Assembly (NCBI RefSeq): GCF_964194025.1
Contig: NC_134478.1
Coordinates: 53,010,001-53,074,000, forward strand
From: Convolutriloba macropyga
Lineage: Eukaryota
DNA: 64,000 nucleotides
Direction of reading: 5' to 3'
The notes under the pieces were generated by a model, which was given only the letters and a program-made list of their open reading frames with translations, ran no database searches and was not told where the DNA came from. Both the position numbers and the translations under genes were made by a program. Of the stretch, positions 45,801 through 59,184 are shown piece after piece (positions within the stretch are counted from its first letter, which is position 1; each line of letters begins with the position of its first letter).

Positions 45801-48800
45801 ATAGTTTGCGTTACCAAAACATATAGCCCTTAAAAAGGTCATAAAAAGTACTGATGTCTGGCAAAAGCCATTTAACCATTTTGACTGGTTCAAAAAAAAT
45901 CGAAAAATGACCCAAAACACGGAAACTTGTAACACATTTGGGCTCAAAAACTCCTAAAAATGACCTCTTAACCTTAAACTACGGCCTTCCCGGTAGCTTC
46001 ATCACATTGAGCACTTGGAAAACTACCCAACGCGACTAAGGGCCACCTAATAAAACTTAATACCCGCTGGTAGCTACCTGTTTATCACGTTTTCAAGGAC
46101 GAAAGTCAAATGGGTCAGACGAAAAATCGGTCACGCGAAAAATCGCATAAAAAAGTCAGGACTAATTTGTTTGACAGCAATTAAAAATATTCAACTTATT
46201 CGTAATCTGAATCATATAAAACTTAAGCAAACCTCTAGGTTGTGATTGTGCAGATAAATTCTATCTAACTTAACCCAGTTAAGTTGAAAGTATCATTTTT
46301 TAGGTAATCTAAAACTTTCACCAACCTGCACTCAGGATTACCCGGGGTGAGAGAAGTCAAAACCCATGGATCCAGAAACAAAATATCCATTGCTATTCAC
46401 TCCAGACAGTAATTGAAGTATGAATCGAATTTTCGCGATCATGTGCGAAATAGCGCAAACATGCTCGATGAAGCAAATTGAGTGATAGCGCGAAATTTGA
46501 CACTTCAGTTAATTTGCCTAAACCAGACGGTGCGAAATTGTGCACCGTGAGTCTATAGACCAGACAATGGAAAGTCATACTACGCCCTAGTAAACGACCT
46601 AGACGAGGCATAGAATTTTTGAAACACCGTCCTTGACAGGTAATGGGTACGAAAAGAACATGGCGAGCTTTCATTATGAATTGTTGTTTCGAAATTTAAG
46701 GCCCATTGTTTGAAATAATGCGAATAGGAGAGGGAAATAATCAGACTATGATTCAATTTTTACCGGTTTTATGCACCGAATTAGGTCGATTTAGCGAGAT
46801 TTTGGTTGAGTTGAGTCCGGTTGTGATTCGAAATTAGCGGAGCATATCAGTTGCGCGACTATGATTCGCTGATGCCAGATCATGATTCGAAATAGTGCGA
46901 CCCTAAAATTTGTCCGACTGTGTATTTAGTGGTACCTATTAATGTCGAACCATATTCTACCTCAACCAGGGTACTTGAAAAGGTTGCAGCCAGCTGTGTG
47001 CTCAACTTTCAGTGAACATACCTTAATTTTATATTTTTACTTCTCAGAAAAGTTCCCTTATTCGTCTCATCATTGTAAAACAATTTCGAATTGCTCCGAG
47101 TCAGTAACGAAATTGGTCATTTCCTTGCACGTTCAACACAATAATTTGAGCTAATTCGAGACAGTTTTGTCTGGAGTGGTTGATCAGAATAAATTTGCGT
47201 CCTAATCACATCTTATATTCGCAGAGCGATACCAAAGCGCGATAGTAATATCTGGTAATGGTTCATTCAAGTAATGATGTTTGGCACCACTTTGCGGAGT
47301 AGCGAGCAAAGTATACATGGGTCACACCAATTCCAGCAGCGGAAATCTTGATCGTGCTCAAGTCTTTTCATGGTCAATTTGGGTTGAGCACGGTCTTTTC
47401 ATAAGTCTGGACTCCTTGGATCCAAGCCCATGCCACCTTTGATCAACTCATTCGGGTCACATACTGGATTATAGCGCGGCCCAAATTACAGTTCTTAACA
47501 CGAGTAATAGAACAGTTACGGCAACGGTGGCTCAAGTCGGATGAGAGACCTCAGCCTGGATATGGCCTGCACATAAGAGCGAAAAGTGGGGAGGATGCTC
47601 TGAGGCATAGAAGACTTCAATATCGTCACTAATGCAAACCAAATAAAGTAAACAAACAGATTGCATTTTTTGGTAGCGCAGAAGCAGAGACGCGAGAATT
47701 TTGCAACGCTGTTTTTTTAAAAAATTTTTTGAATAATCTTTTAACAGGAGTATATATTGTGAAAAAAGTTTAGTTTGATTCCCCAAACTTAACCTCTACC
47801 AGCTAATTTAAAACTTTATTCAATCTTTTTTCTGTTTTCTCCCGTGAACACTAGGAACAAAACTAATACAACTTCAATATTTTACCTGTTACATCTTAAA
47901 TTGGGTAACCTATTCAATCGGTGGATTTAAAGCTTTCAACAATTGAGGCCACTATACTTTAATATCAATATATGAAAAACCACTAAACACATATCTGGAT
48001 ATTAGCGTGACTTAAGCTTATTTTCATAGTCCTTGAGCTTTTTTTAAAAACGAGAAAAGGACTTTACTTTGATGTTCGTTTAAATTCGAGAAATTAGAAA
48101 TCTGTGACCTGAAAAGATCACTCAATGATCACTTACGCAAACTGAAGACAATTACCGCCAATTGAAGGACAGAGTCAAAACTCTTCGGAGATTCTTGTAA
48201 TCATTTGATGCAGTGAAATTAAAAGCAAATACTACTAGCAAAATACAAAATAATGGCAAGCAAACTCAACGGTCTATAGGGGAGAAACATTTTTAAAAAA
48301 ACGAACATAACCAACTAACTTCAAGCGAATTGCTCTAACACAATGGGGGGTCAAAAAGTCGATCGTCAAAAAGTCACTTGAAAAGTCGAATGATCATGCA
48401 AATAATCCGTCAAAAAAACCATTGCATTAACAGACAACAGGACCCAAATAATTGCTACAAACTTTGAATGAGAACAATTTAAAAACTTAACTTAGCAACC
48501 GACTTTAAAACATAGCTAGCAGATAGCCACAAAATAGCCACAATAGCTTCTAGATCTGCAATCTCAAAAAAAACAGTAAAAAAGACAGACCAAAAAACTT
48601 TTCATCAAAGGATGACATATTACATTTTGATTAAAACATGTCTAAGTTATTGCGGTCTCTATTAGCTACTCCCAAATAAACTTCAATTAGACTGACACAC
48701 ATTCACTGTACCTTACCTCTTTTAGCTAAGGCAAAGAAAAAAAGTCAATTTCAAAGTGAGGAAGTCATTTTTGAGAGTGAGGAAAGTCACTTGAGACCAA

Positions 48801-50249
48801 AAACTTACGCAAATGAAAAAAACTCGCTCCACTAACAGTGAGAAACGACGTCACGAAAACACTTCATTTGTAATTGCATTAACGAATGAACATAAAGCAG
48901 ATTTGAAGTGGTCATGACGTCAAATGGTCCTAACAAAAATCTGGACCGAAATAAAAAGACATAGCAGGACAAGTCCAGAATTAAAATCCAGAAAATTGAT
49001 TTAGCTTTGACGTCCAATGAGAACAATTATTTCGACTGAGATTAAGCAATTTGACCACATGAACAAAAAAAACAAGCAAGACTAAATAATCAGATCTAAT
49101 TTTCAAAGACAAGGTCAATATCAAAAAATGACTTCAATGAACTCACGCCACTAAATAAATTCCCTTGTTTCTCATTATTAACCGATGAAACCTGTCATTA
49201 ATGAGGTTAAATAATAAGAGAGCAACAAGTTCAATAAATAATTGCAAAACTCAGAACTTTACTAACAGTTTTTAAAGCCGGGCAGCCTATAAGTCAAAGA
49301 TAGCAATAACCTTGAATTAAGAAAACTTAAAACAAAAAACAAGCAATTTTAGAAACCAGTGAAAACGGTCTAAGATTTAAGATAGACTTAAGTATAAGAT
49401 AATTAAGTCAACAAAAACTCGCAAAACTCAAAGTTCTATATTTCCTGAAAACAATTGATGTCAAAGTCATAGAATCCATCAACAACAACTTAATCGAATA
49501 AAACAGCCCCTACTAGCAACCTAAGAGGCCTGTTATTAGTAGGAATAAACGACAAGAAAACGAAAATTACAAAAGTACAACAAAACCTAAAAAAATAACT
49601 CATAAATTTCGAAGTTGCGTCAGAGTCATGAAAACTAGTAAGCTCATAACTCCGACCATTAACTAGGTTCGTTTGCGCCTCATTATCAACTAGTCCGATC
49701 GATCGTTGATGATAAAAAGAGAAGACAGAATTGTTGTTTTGAAGGTGGGTAAAATCAATATTTCTTGAACATTTTTTGACAAAAAGAGGACAGGTCGCAA
49801 AAAGAATCAGCTTTCACTTGATGAATTCTAGCAAATGCGACTAGGCGTATTAGAACGAACATGCATCATACTAAAAGCACTGAAGGAAAAGAAACTCTGA
49901 AAACAGAAGTTAAACTGACGCATGTGAAAAAAAAACCTCTCAAAACCCGAAAATTTGTTTGAAACACCAATTTCTGACTCCACTTTAGAGGTAGTTTGAA
50001 AACATCAAGCCTCAAATTTAATCTAATTTTTGCTCCCTTTACTACTTCAGCGTGAGTAAAGTTGCAACTCTAATTTCACTTGAATCTCTAATCTGACCTG
50101 AAAAAGTCAAAAAAAGCGTGAAAAGATCTTAAAGACAGCACACCAATACAACCCAAATCCTTTGGATAAAAAACCAAGAGAAGGCCAATAATAGCTCCAG
50201 CTATCGCTGTGCGGCTATTAACAATAAAAGAACAAGAATAAACATAAAC

Positions 50250-50420
50250 CGTCTAATGTCGAAAGAATTGCTCTCGAACGACAGGCGATGCAATTTATTC
50301 AGGGGCTGTAACCTAGATAAATTTTTCTTTATGGTTGCAGAAAGATTTGCCCACGCCGGGATTCGAACCACGGACCTCCCGACCCCTCACCAGAATCACT
50401 GCCCACTCGGCTAAAAGGTT
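50250..50420 (-). mobile_element. tRNA-derived SINE-like element
   Basis: Minus strand TAGCCGAGTGG A-box and GGTTCGAATCCC B-box; the acceptor stem does not pair. Confidence 0.6.
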
Positions 50421-52625
50421 TTTCTTTTTTCTATGCTGCAAACAATTTTATTTTAGCAACAAGCTTTACTTTGGAGTGAGAACAATAGAGATCACTCAAA
50501 AATAGAGAACGAAAGCGTAAAAATTCACTTGAGAAGTCAAAATGTTCAAGAAAAGCACAAAAAACGTTAAGCGAAAAATTTGCATAAAAAAGACTAAAAC
50601 GTTTTGATAATTGCTAAAAAATTCGTTCGAGAGCAATTAATTAAATTTACAGCAGAACTCTAAAAATAATTGAAGCCCGTACTACTAAAAGGACGTTAAC
50701 AAGCCACTAGAAAAAACAACAGTCCAAAACACTACCAAACTTTACGTGCAAACAAAAATTTTAAATTTTCAAAACTGTCATTAGCAAATTCTGTGCTAGT
50801 TTTGTCGTCCTGAAATTGCTGAAAAGAAATCTGAACACATTATGAAAAAGTTCAAGAAACTAAAACAACGACGACAGTTCTGCGAAATTTAAACTACAAT
50901 TTAATTAACTCAACTGAAATTTGAGCGCAGTATCCATAATAAAACAGATTGTTCTAATTTGGCGTGCAGTTTCAGTTGGATTCTAAAACTCTGCTTAATT
51001 CAGCTTTTGAACTGAACACTAATCAGCTTAATACCAATGTCAGCTAGCAAAACTCTAATGAACTTTCATAACCTGATTCTCAATGACTTAATGACCGGGT
51101 TTTATCGATTTATCCCGTCTCTTTTGATCTTTTGACTTGGACTGTATGTATTCGCCACATTGCGTTATTGAATGCGTGAAAGAATTTAAAATTCATTCAG
51201 TTGAAACAGTGAGAAAAGTAAGTCAGAAGTCAAACGTGAAAATTGTGACTTATTTAAAACGAAAAACGTGATCAAAAGGTAAAGCAAATTTTAAAAAAAG
51301 AGAGCGCCTAAATAATAGCCGTCGAGAGACTGACGGCGGATATTAAACAAAGCTACAAAATCCTAACGAAATAGACAAATGCGTTAGCTACAAAAATTTT
51401 TCTGACTCAATGCTAAGTTGACACACAAGATTTGCTAAGGTAGAAATAAGAAATCTACGAAAACCTGGTAATGACAAAAAATAAGACTAAACTATTATGA
51501 GAAGTTTAGCAACCTAATGTCATCTTTAAAAAATCTAACGCAAAGCATAAATTAACTGAACTATAAAATTTACCCAAGTGAAAAATTGGGAAGAACTGGA
51601 AATTCGACTAAATTAGACTAGATTTAAAATAACTGGTGCTTGGAACGAAAAGCTGATCGCTTTTCAAATTCGTACCAGGAAACGAGGTCATCATATCGTA
51701 CTTTTTGTAAAATTTTTGTTTTGCTCTTTTGCAGCTTCGCTAAACTGAAAACAGTAAAAAATTTGAATGCTGCGGTTCTTGTGGAGCTTTTTTTAAAATC
51801 TGAAAGTCATCAAAAACCACAAATGTAAACAGATAAGAATTAACGGCCAAAGACCAAAGCCGCGATAATCATTTCCCGACATAGTAATCTTTTGACAGGT
51901 TAAAAAATTACCCTTTCAGTTATATCAGGGCAAGTTACCACTTACATTATTGCACATACGGAAAAGCAGGCGTCTAAGCAAAGCGAATACTAAATATATA
52001 TAAAAAAAATCTATTTGAAACTGAAACTCACTGCTTTTTTGTCCGTCATGTCATTGTGACCACAGACGCATTTATGTAATTGCACGACGAGCAAAGCCCA
52101 ACGATTTATATGAGATAATTGATGGGAGAAATGAACATGAAATGGAAGACCAGAAAACTATGAATCCAGTCCATCCATTTAAGTAAATTGTCAGAAACAC
52201 TCTTTCACGTTATCAAGTGATCACTTTCCTTTCTGTTCTAATTTTAGATTGAGAGCACCAAATGATATCATCAATGTAGAATTAGATACCCAAGATTCAT
52301 ATTCTCAGACTTCGCTCAGCTTACTCAAAAGAGATTTCTAACAAAAAAACTTAAAATAGGAAACAGTTTATAACTTCCCTGATGTAAATATGCACCAGGT
52401 TATTCCGAACAACATTTATAATACTTGAATGACTTTCATTGACTAATGCTCTGATTGTTTGAAGGCTAATTCAGTCTGCTTTTGAAAATAAAATAGGCCA
52501 AGTATTTGAATTAAAGTATCGCGTTTAATAAATTGTGTACCAACTCTCGTCCAGTTTTTGTGTTTGTTACAATTCTCAAGTTAGTTCTACATTTCACTTC
52601 CAGTATAATCAATGCTTGTCTCCAA

Positions 52626-52907
52626 TCACTTCTTCACGGCTATCAAAATATTTTGGAAAGTGGCAATTGTCATTGCCCCTAGTGCAATAGTCATAACTAG
52701 GACTGTCGTCTTCTGACCCGCTGTCCTGTACCAGATCTTGCCAGGGGTTTGGAAATGACGTCTCTGTTGCTCCTTCAACCTTTTGAACTGCCGAAACGCA
52801 AACGTGTTTGGCTCCTTGACTACCTCGCTTCCTGCGCTTTTGGACACGCCTGAGGCAGCACGTAACACCACACGGGAATTTAATTTGAGAGCTTGACAAA
52901 GACTCAT
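52626..52907 (-). CDS. COX7A: Cytochrome c oxidase subunit 7A / Cox7-like small mitochondrial membrane protein (93 aa)
   Basis: ATG lies 3 nt after a tttcag acceptor. Acid-free R/S/A/L-rich N-terminus (presequence-like), then Q...FQ...KIWYR, one C-terminal hydrophobic helix and a KK tail. ATTAAA signal at 52524-52529. Confidence 0.6.
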   Translation of the reverse strand: MSLCQALKLNSRVVLRAASGVSKSAGSEVVKEPNTFAFRQFKRLKEQQRRHFQTPGKIWYRTAGQKTTVLVMTIALGAMTIATFQNILIAVKK

Positions 52908-53513
52908 TATCTGAAACCGACAGAACGAGTGATTATTTGCCATTATACCCCCCCCCCCCCCCCCGCTTACTGGTCATATGATTTACAGCGCCATCGTTGT
53001 AATTATACTATAATGGGGGCCATAATTTTTTTATTATAACGGGAAAGACATTATTTGATTAATACACAGTCTAAAATACCGGTACTCTAAAGTTCAATTA
53101 TTCTAATGCTATTAATTGTAGCCTTTTTAATTAATGCCAATTATTAACCAAAACCCAGGAAAGGCAAATGGTCAATTAAAAAGACTCTCCACTCTATAGG
53201 AAGCCGGTCAGCTCCGAGCGGAAATTCGACTTCTATTCACATACTCAGTCTTGTCAATTATCAAAATTATCAGAAGATGTTTAACGGCGGACAAAATATC
53301 TGCCAATTGCACAGAACTTCTCTATAGCCAAAAAACAGTCTATCCTTCGCAATATTCAACTCAACAGAGGATATATACTATCGATAATTTAACGACTCGG
53401 TCTCTAATTCAGGCAATTCGCAAGTTGCCTTCTAGAGTATTTAAATTGAACAATGAAACCGCTCCCAGCTAAAAGGGTAGGCGGTCAACTCTGGGGTAAC
53501 AAGCCAACTAGGT

Positions 53514-53835
53514 GGTGTCCGGAAAACTAGCCGACGTGAATATTAGCCGAAAAAGTCAAAATGTGGCATAGTAGCAGAAATAATTGCATGAGATAATTGC
53601 TGTAAGCAAACATAAGTGGAACGAGCAATTATCAAACTCGTTTACACATGAAAATAACGCATTTGGCCATGCCTCGCGGGCCATGGCCATGCCTCAGCGG
53701 CATATGGGACTTGATATGAATCTATCACAACCGAACAAAATATCACGGCCGTTCTCAAATCTGGTTGGTTAAAATCTCCTTTTCGACTAATATTCCATTC
53801 GGCTAATTTTCCTTTCGGCTCAATTTCCTAGCACC
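53514..53835. mobile_element. MULE-like MITE with TAGCCGA subterminal repeats
   Basis: Ends GGTGTCCGGAAAACTAGCCGA / TCGGCTCAATTTCCTAGCACC; perfect 9-bp TSD CAACTAGGT (53505-53513 and 53836-53844). Confidence 0.85.
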
Positions 53836-55276
53836 CAACTAGGTATAGCTACAAACATTGACACTTAAAATAGTACGAGAATCCAGTTCAGAAAAACGGA
53901 CCACGTTTAACAGATTAAAGATGTTACTCGATAAAATAATAGAATATAATGAAACATAGGTAAAAACGGATCTTTTCCAATTGCACCACCCCCCCCCCCC
54001 CCCCTATACGTTTGTCCAATTGCACCACCCCCCCCCCCCCCCCCCAGTACGTTATGATCTCCCCAGTTACAGAGCACGTGTGATTACATGGTATGTCATT
54101 ATGTAAAAATATGTCACATGCGTCTGCGGATGCAAATAATGAGCACCCACTAAGCTGGGGGCACAAACGGAAAAGATCCGTAAAAACTTACAAACGTATA
54201 GATTATGAATTCTTCTTCAGTATGATTACAAACACAAAATGGACGTCTATCTCTAATAGGATGGCCTGACACAATTTATCTACCAGGGACTGGTTTTAGG
54301 GGATTTGCATCCACTCACACAGGTTGCACCTCCGCAAACTGATATCGGTTTGTATATAGTTAATGGTGTCTATGTAGCTCTCATGTTGTTTTTCAGTGTT
54401 TAGAGGCGGGTTGTTTCATTAAACGCGACAACTACGGTGCTGCTTCTCCTGTGTATGCGGAAAAAGCCGCGAGAAACCGCTGCGTTCGGCCTTTACTGCT
54501 CTGAACATATTTAAGCATCTCAAATTTCCCATGACAGCTGCAAGTTTCACTGACACCCCTTGGGCATGACTTTTCAAAGTGATAGAAGAAAGTGCCGTCG
54601 AAGAATGTCCTTCTAAATCTCTTCTCTCACAATCCATTTGCATTATTATGCAGTCTGGTCTCATTACCAGTAAAGGTTGCGTTACTCAAAGGTTTCCACT
54701 TGTAGCGTATCAGGATGCCGATCAATTTGAAAATAAACTATCGTTTAAGAGTATCCCTTATTGCATTGTGACGGTATTTAGTAAACCCACCTTTTGGGCA
54801 TTGAAGTGCATGTGCCAATGAATTTTCGACTCCTCGGGGATAAGTCGGTGGTAAATTTTTTGGTCACGACCCAAAACGAGCGCATAGACCATTCCTGAAC
54901 TCTGATTCGGACAGATCACAACCGTATTTTCGGAGAGGTAGGGCAGTTAACCATTTGAAGCACCTTATTTTACTCGAAAGCTTCAATATTATTATTATGG
55001 CTTTGTGGATACGCCAGTGCGGTATAAGCCCCGCATTTAGATCCTTGTGTTAGCACAATAGTTTTCGCAAATACAAATAAAAATCCATGAGCATGAGTTC
55101 TGTTCATTCAATAGATACTCCTTACCGTTTTTGGAAATGGGACTGACGATCTCTTGTCTCTTTGAACTCAAAGGCCTAATCAAATTGTCGATTTTCGAGG
55201 TTTTCAGGGAGCGGATGGTTCAACGAAGCGGATAAACTCTTTGAATAATGATAGTTATGAAATTGATCACCCTGTA

Positions 55277-55905
55277 TAGAGATATTTATGTTGTTGTTGT
55301 GGCTTCCTGGGGTTTGACACCAGAGGGATTTCTCCCATAACTTCTGATTAGAACGATGTCCAAATGTTGCAACAACACAGCAGTCGCAACATAGTTGCCA
55401 TGTGTAAGGATTGGAATCAGAGAATCTGTTGTCCAACTTCCACATCAGGTTGACTATTCGCGATTTTAGACCGACAGGGTTGGCAAACTGAATTTTCGTT
55501 TATTCTGTTAATGACTCTTCATGTCCGGTAGAGTCTAATTCTCCACGAGTCTTTTCTTTCTTGCACTTGTTTAGCTTGAAAAACATCGTGGAACTACCAG
55601 ATTCAGGGTTGCAAGTGGGAATGTTGATGTTATGCTCTTCAACATGTAGTTTGGACATGAGCAGAATGCCGTTGCACTGCATGAAGAGCGGAAGAGGTAG
55701 TACGTTGAGGAGACGTAGCTGTTGGAGGTAGCTTCGACTGGAGTCATAGCAGGCCCAATTCAAGGCACGTTTTTGAAAGCTCTCTATGTCTCTGGTTGAA
55801 CCACGGCTCAACCGTACGCATTCCGTAGAGCACTATTGGCAGAAGAATGCATTTATATAGTCCGAGTTTGACAGATTCATTGACTTTCGGCGAAACGTTT
55901 TTCCC
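55277..55905 (-). mobile_element. LINE 3' end fragment (ORF2 C-terminus and (CAA)n tail), copy 1
   Basis: LYKCILLPIVLYG and ESFQKRALNW...SYLQQLRLLNVLPL motifs typical of a CR1/L2-group ORF2 C-terminus. Confidence 0.8.
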
Positions 55906-58049
55906 ATTAAAGCAAAAGGGACATTATGCCACCAAATCTCAGCGGAAGGGACATCAGATTACGTTGTCTTTCATTTACATTATCAATAATTCTGTACCAT
56001 CATCCGAAGATATTCCTGGCACCTACTTTAGATGCTTCCGACTGAACGCAGTTATTGTTAACCTAAGTTATAATCTCCGAGTATTTAAATAGACCTGTTC
56101 AGGTTCTTTTTTCAAACCAAACCAGATCAGATGATTCAACTTTTTTCAAAACTGGTATGACCCTATTGTTCATCCTGCACCAATACTGGCAAACATGACT
56201 AGGATCAAAAATGATCCAGCCGAGATGGCGATCCACTCGTGGAACATTCATTTCTTTATATTCCATGATTTTTTGACGAGTTTAATGGGAAAAACCCAGA
56301 TCTATTTACAGATTAAAATGATAGGCAATCATGCCAATAAGTTCTACTCTCAGTTAACAAAAAATTTGACATTCCGAATTTCGTTCAAATTGATATCAAG
56401 TTTAATCGTCTTTTGTTGCAGTTGTTGTTTTTTTTAATGTACTTCTATAGAGTCAACCGCTATTCATGATTGTCGAAACACATGGCAGCTACAGCAGAGA
56501 TACTGCAATCAAAACTTGAACGTACGTAAAACTAAGATAGACAAGGAGGCTCAGCAATGTGCGTTCGCACAAAGTTCCGATCCCGCTCATCCATAATTTA
56601 GCATAAATGTCTTCCAAATGAGGGACAGTATTTTTCAAAAAAAGTCTGTACAAACAAAAAGCTCACCTGCAACGCAAATAACTCAGTGGAGTAAAAAATG
56701 CCGCATTAGATTGATGAGATCAGCCATTATTAAGAACGCAATTCAAGACAAACAACAAAATCAAACAAAAAACAATAATTATATCCAAAATTTTATGTCC
56801 TTTTTTTAGAAAAACTTATTAACCAGCCAAAATAGCTTCAGATGAAACTGAAACTAAACAGAAAAAGTTGTATTTCACAGAGAAGATATGGGACCACTCC
56901 ATAATGAGGCTCGGTAGCAATCAGACAAAGAAGACCAAAAAAAGCAATGAAAAAGTGGTTAACATTTTAATAAACAATTAATATCAGAGAAAATCATTAT
57001 TTAAAGTAATTGCACCTGCGTCTGGTGTGTGCAAATAATATGCGCCCACTAAGCTGAGTGGGCACAAACGGAAAAGATCCAAAAATTCAATTAAAACTTG
57101 CGAGAAAACACTGTCAAAGCCATGACCAATTGAGTCTTCTTCGCCAACAATGTGGTATGCAACTTTTCAATAATCAGAATAGGAAACAAGTAGAAAATAA
57201 CAAAGAAAAAACGGCAAAATTAGGTTATACTTTTGTACGTTTAGGAAACAATTTTTTTAAAATCCATGAAAGCCATTAGCTACAAAAAGAAATAATTAAA
57301 TAGATTCGCGTGTTAGTCCAAAAGAAGCACATGAGACCTGCAGAATTCGTTTTACGACTAGAAAAAGATCCTCAAATAGAGACAAAAGTCAAAAATTAGT
57401 TTACTTCTTGGTGAAAAAAATGTGTGGAAGACAGTAAATTCAATTCATTACGAGTTCTGTAAAAAGACGAGATTTTGAACACTTCCAACTTTTCTCGAGG
57501 ACAAAAATGTCAAATTTGACCTCAAATTAACAAGACTAAGTAACAATATGACAAAAATAAACAAAAAAGCAAAATGAAATAGTGAAACAGTTTTATCTTT
57601 TGAAAAAGACTTGAAAACCATCAGCTATTTACTCAAGTCAGATTTATGGCTGAATTAATCCTCCATTAAAAACCAACGATACGTCTCCCTATCCAGGAAA
57701 TTTCATATGAATAAAAAGACAAAATAAACATAACAGTAAAATTCAAATGAGAAAAATTCAAATAGGTAGTTTAAGAAGGGATTGTCGAAGCCATTTAAAC
57801 TATAACAATGTCTTTAAAGACTTTTATATGTTCAATTGTTCCTTATTTTGAACGTCCATATAGCAATATGTCAATTTTCAATATTGTGATAACATGACAA
57901 AACCAGAAAAAAGCGTAAAAAAGGGCCAACTCATAAAAATCAAAAACAAATCTGAAATTTAGTTGTATCGACGCCAAAAAACCATAACTTGACAGTTAAA
58001 AACGCAACGTTTTACCTGCTAATCTATTGCAACTCCTTAAGACTCATTT

Positions 58050-58950
58050 ATATTGAGTTTTGGGCAAGCCAGTGGAAGACTTGAGAGTTTTTTGGTTCTT
58101 TGTGCTCCTTTCCCCTCCCTCGGAGGATCGGTTACAACAGAGCCCTATGATCTTGAACTCATTTCTTTCAGATCAACAGTTCAATCTTCATCGCAAATCC
58201 TCATCTGTCATTGCTTTTTTCGTTCTTTTTTGAGTTCCTATTTTTGTTGTCGCCGACGTAGTTCTGAATGCAAAATTTCTGTTTTTGTGAAATGTCTATT
58301 ATCAAAATCTTAAGTTTCAATTCGTTGACTTCATGGCGTTTTCACGAGCGCGATTTTGCAATACTGACTTTTTTCTACGTTTGATTGTAGCAGACATCAG
58401 GAAAGAAGAATTTCTAATATTTCCTTCTGAATATAATTTCCTTCTATCAATGCTAGTAACCGCATCGTTCGGATCTTTTTTGCTATTTATTTTAGAGTCA
58501 CAAGCGAAGAGACCTTTACTTTGCACAACCCGTGATGTGCTCGTACTGCTAATTCAAGTTTTCGATAGTAACTCCTTTCACCATCTAGGTCTAGGCCGGA
58601 AACTCCTTGGTTGAAAGCTTCTGGCTCCACAATCTGAAATACCTCTGCGCACTTGGCATCTATTTGTCTTAACAGCCATTCCAACTTATTACACAATCAC
58701 AGATTTGAGAGTCGCTTTGATTTTCTGCAATCAACGTTTTTTTACTAGTAACAATAAATTTCTTTTTGATCCAAAGGTATTTTATAAGCAGTAGAACCAC
58801 AGTGGGTCTTTCCGACGGTTGAAAACTACTGCTCGACATTGTTCAATACCTCGCAGAAGAGTGTGGCGATTTTCAGCTACCCATTTCAAAACTTCATATT
58901 TTCTTCTAAACACACGCTGGTGTCAATTTTGCTGGTGTCTATTCCGGATT
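58050..58950 (-). pseudogene. Possible decayed LINE ORF1 (PHD-like N-terminus, coiled C-terminus)
   Basis: Broken frames with C..C, LWFYC and NRHFTKTEILHSELRRR fragments; many stops. Confidence 0.35.
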
Positions 58951-59184
58951 TAACTTAGGCTTTGGCTGCTTCCTGTTTTGTTCGGAAACGTCATAATTAT
59001 GGAAGAAACCTCGATAAGCACTTTCGTCTATAAAACCATTGCTACCAATTTCTGATTGGTTAACCGAGTGAGTGATTTATGTTAAATTTAACCTAACAAA
59101 TGACGAGTTGCTGCGATAATTGCTTTCGTACTAATAAGCAAGAATGATGCAAATGAAACGCCAAATAACTCAATTGTACTGTAG

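Noticed and set aside
50345-50420. Functional tRNA gene
   Set aside because: A and B boxes are present but no acceptor or anticodon stem pairing was seen; treated as a SINE head.
52609-52899. Overlapping 96-aa ORF
   Set aside because: Non-ATG start and no domain; the other frame has an ATG after the acceptor, a presequence and a TM helix.
54560-54660. FFDGTF resembling a MULE transposase catalytic motif
   Set aside because: Single short motif with no flanking similarity.
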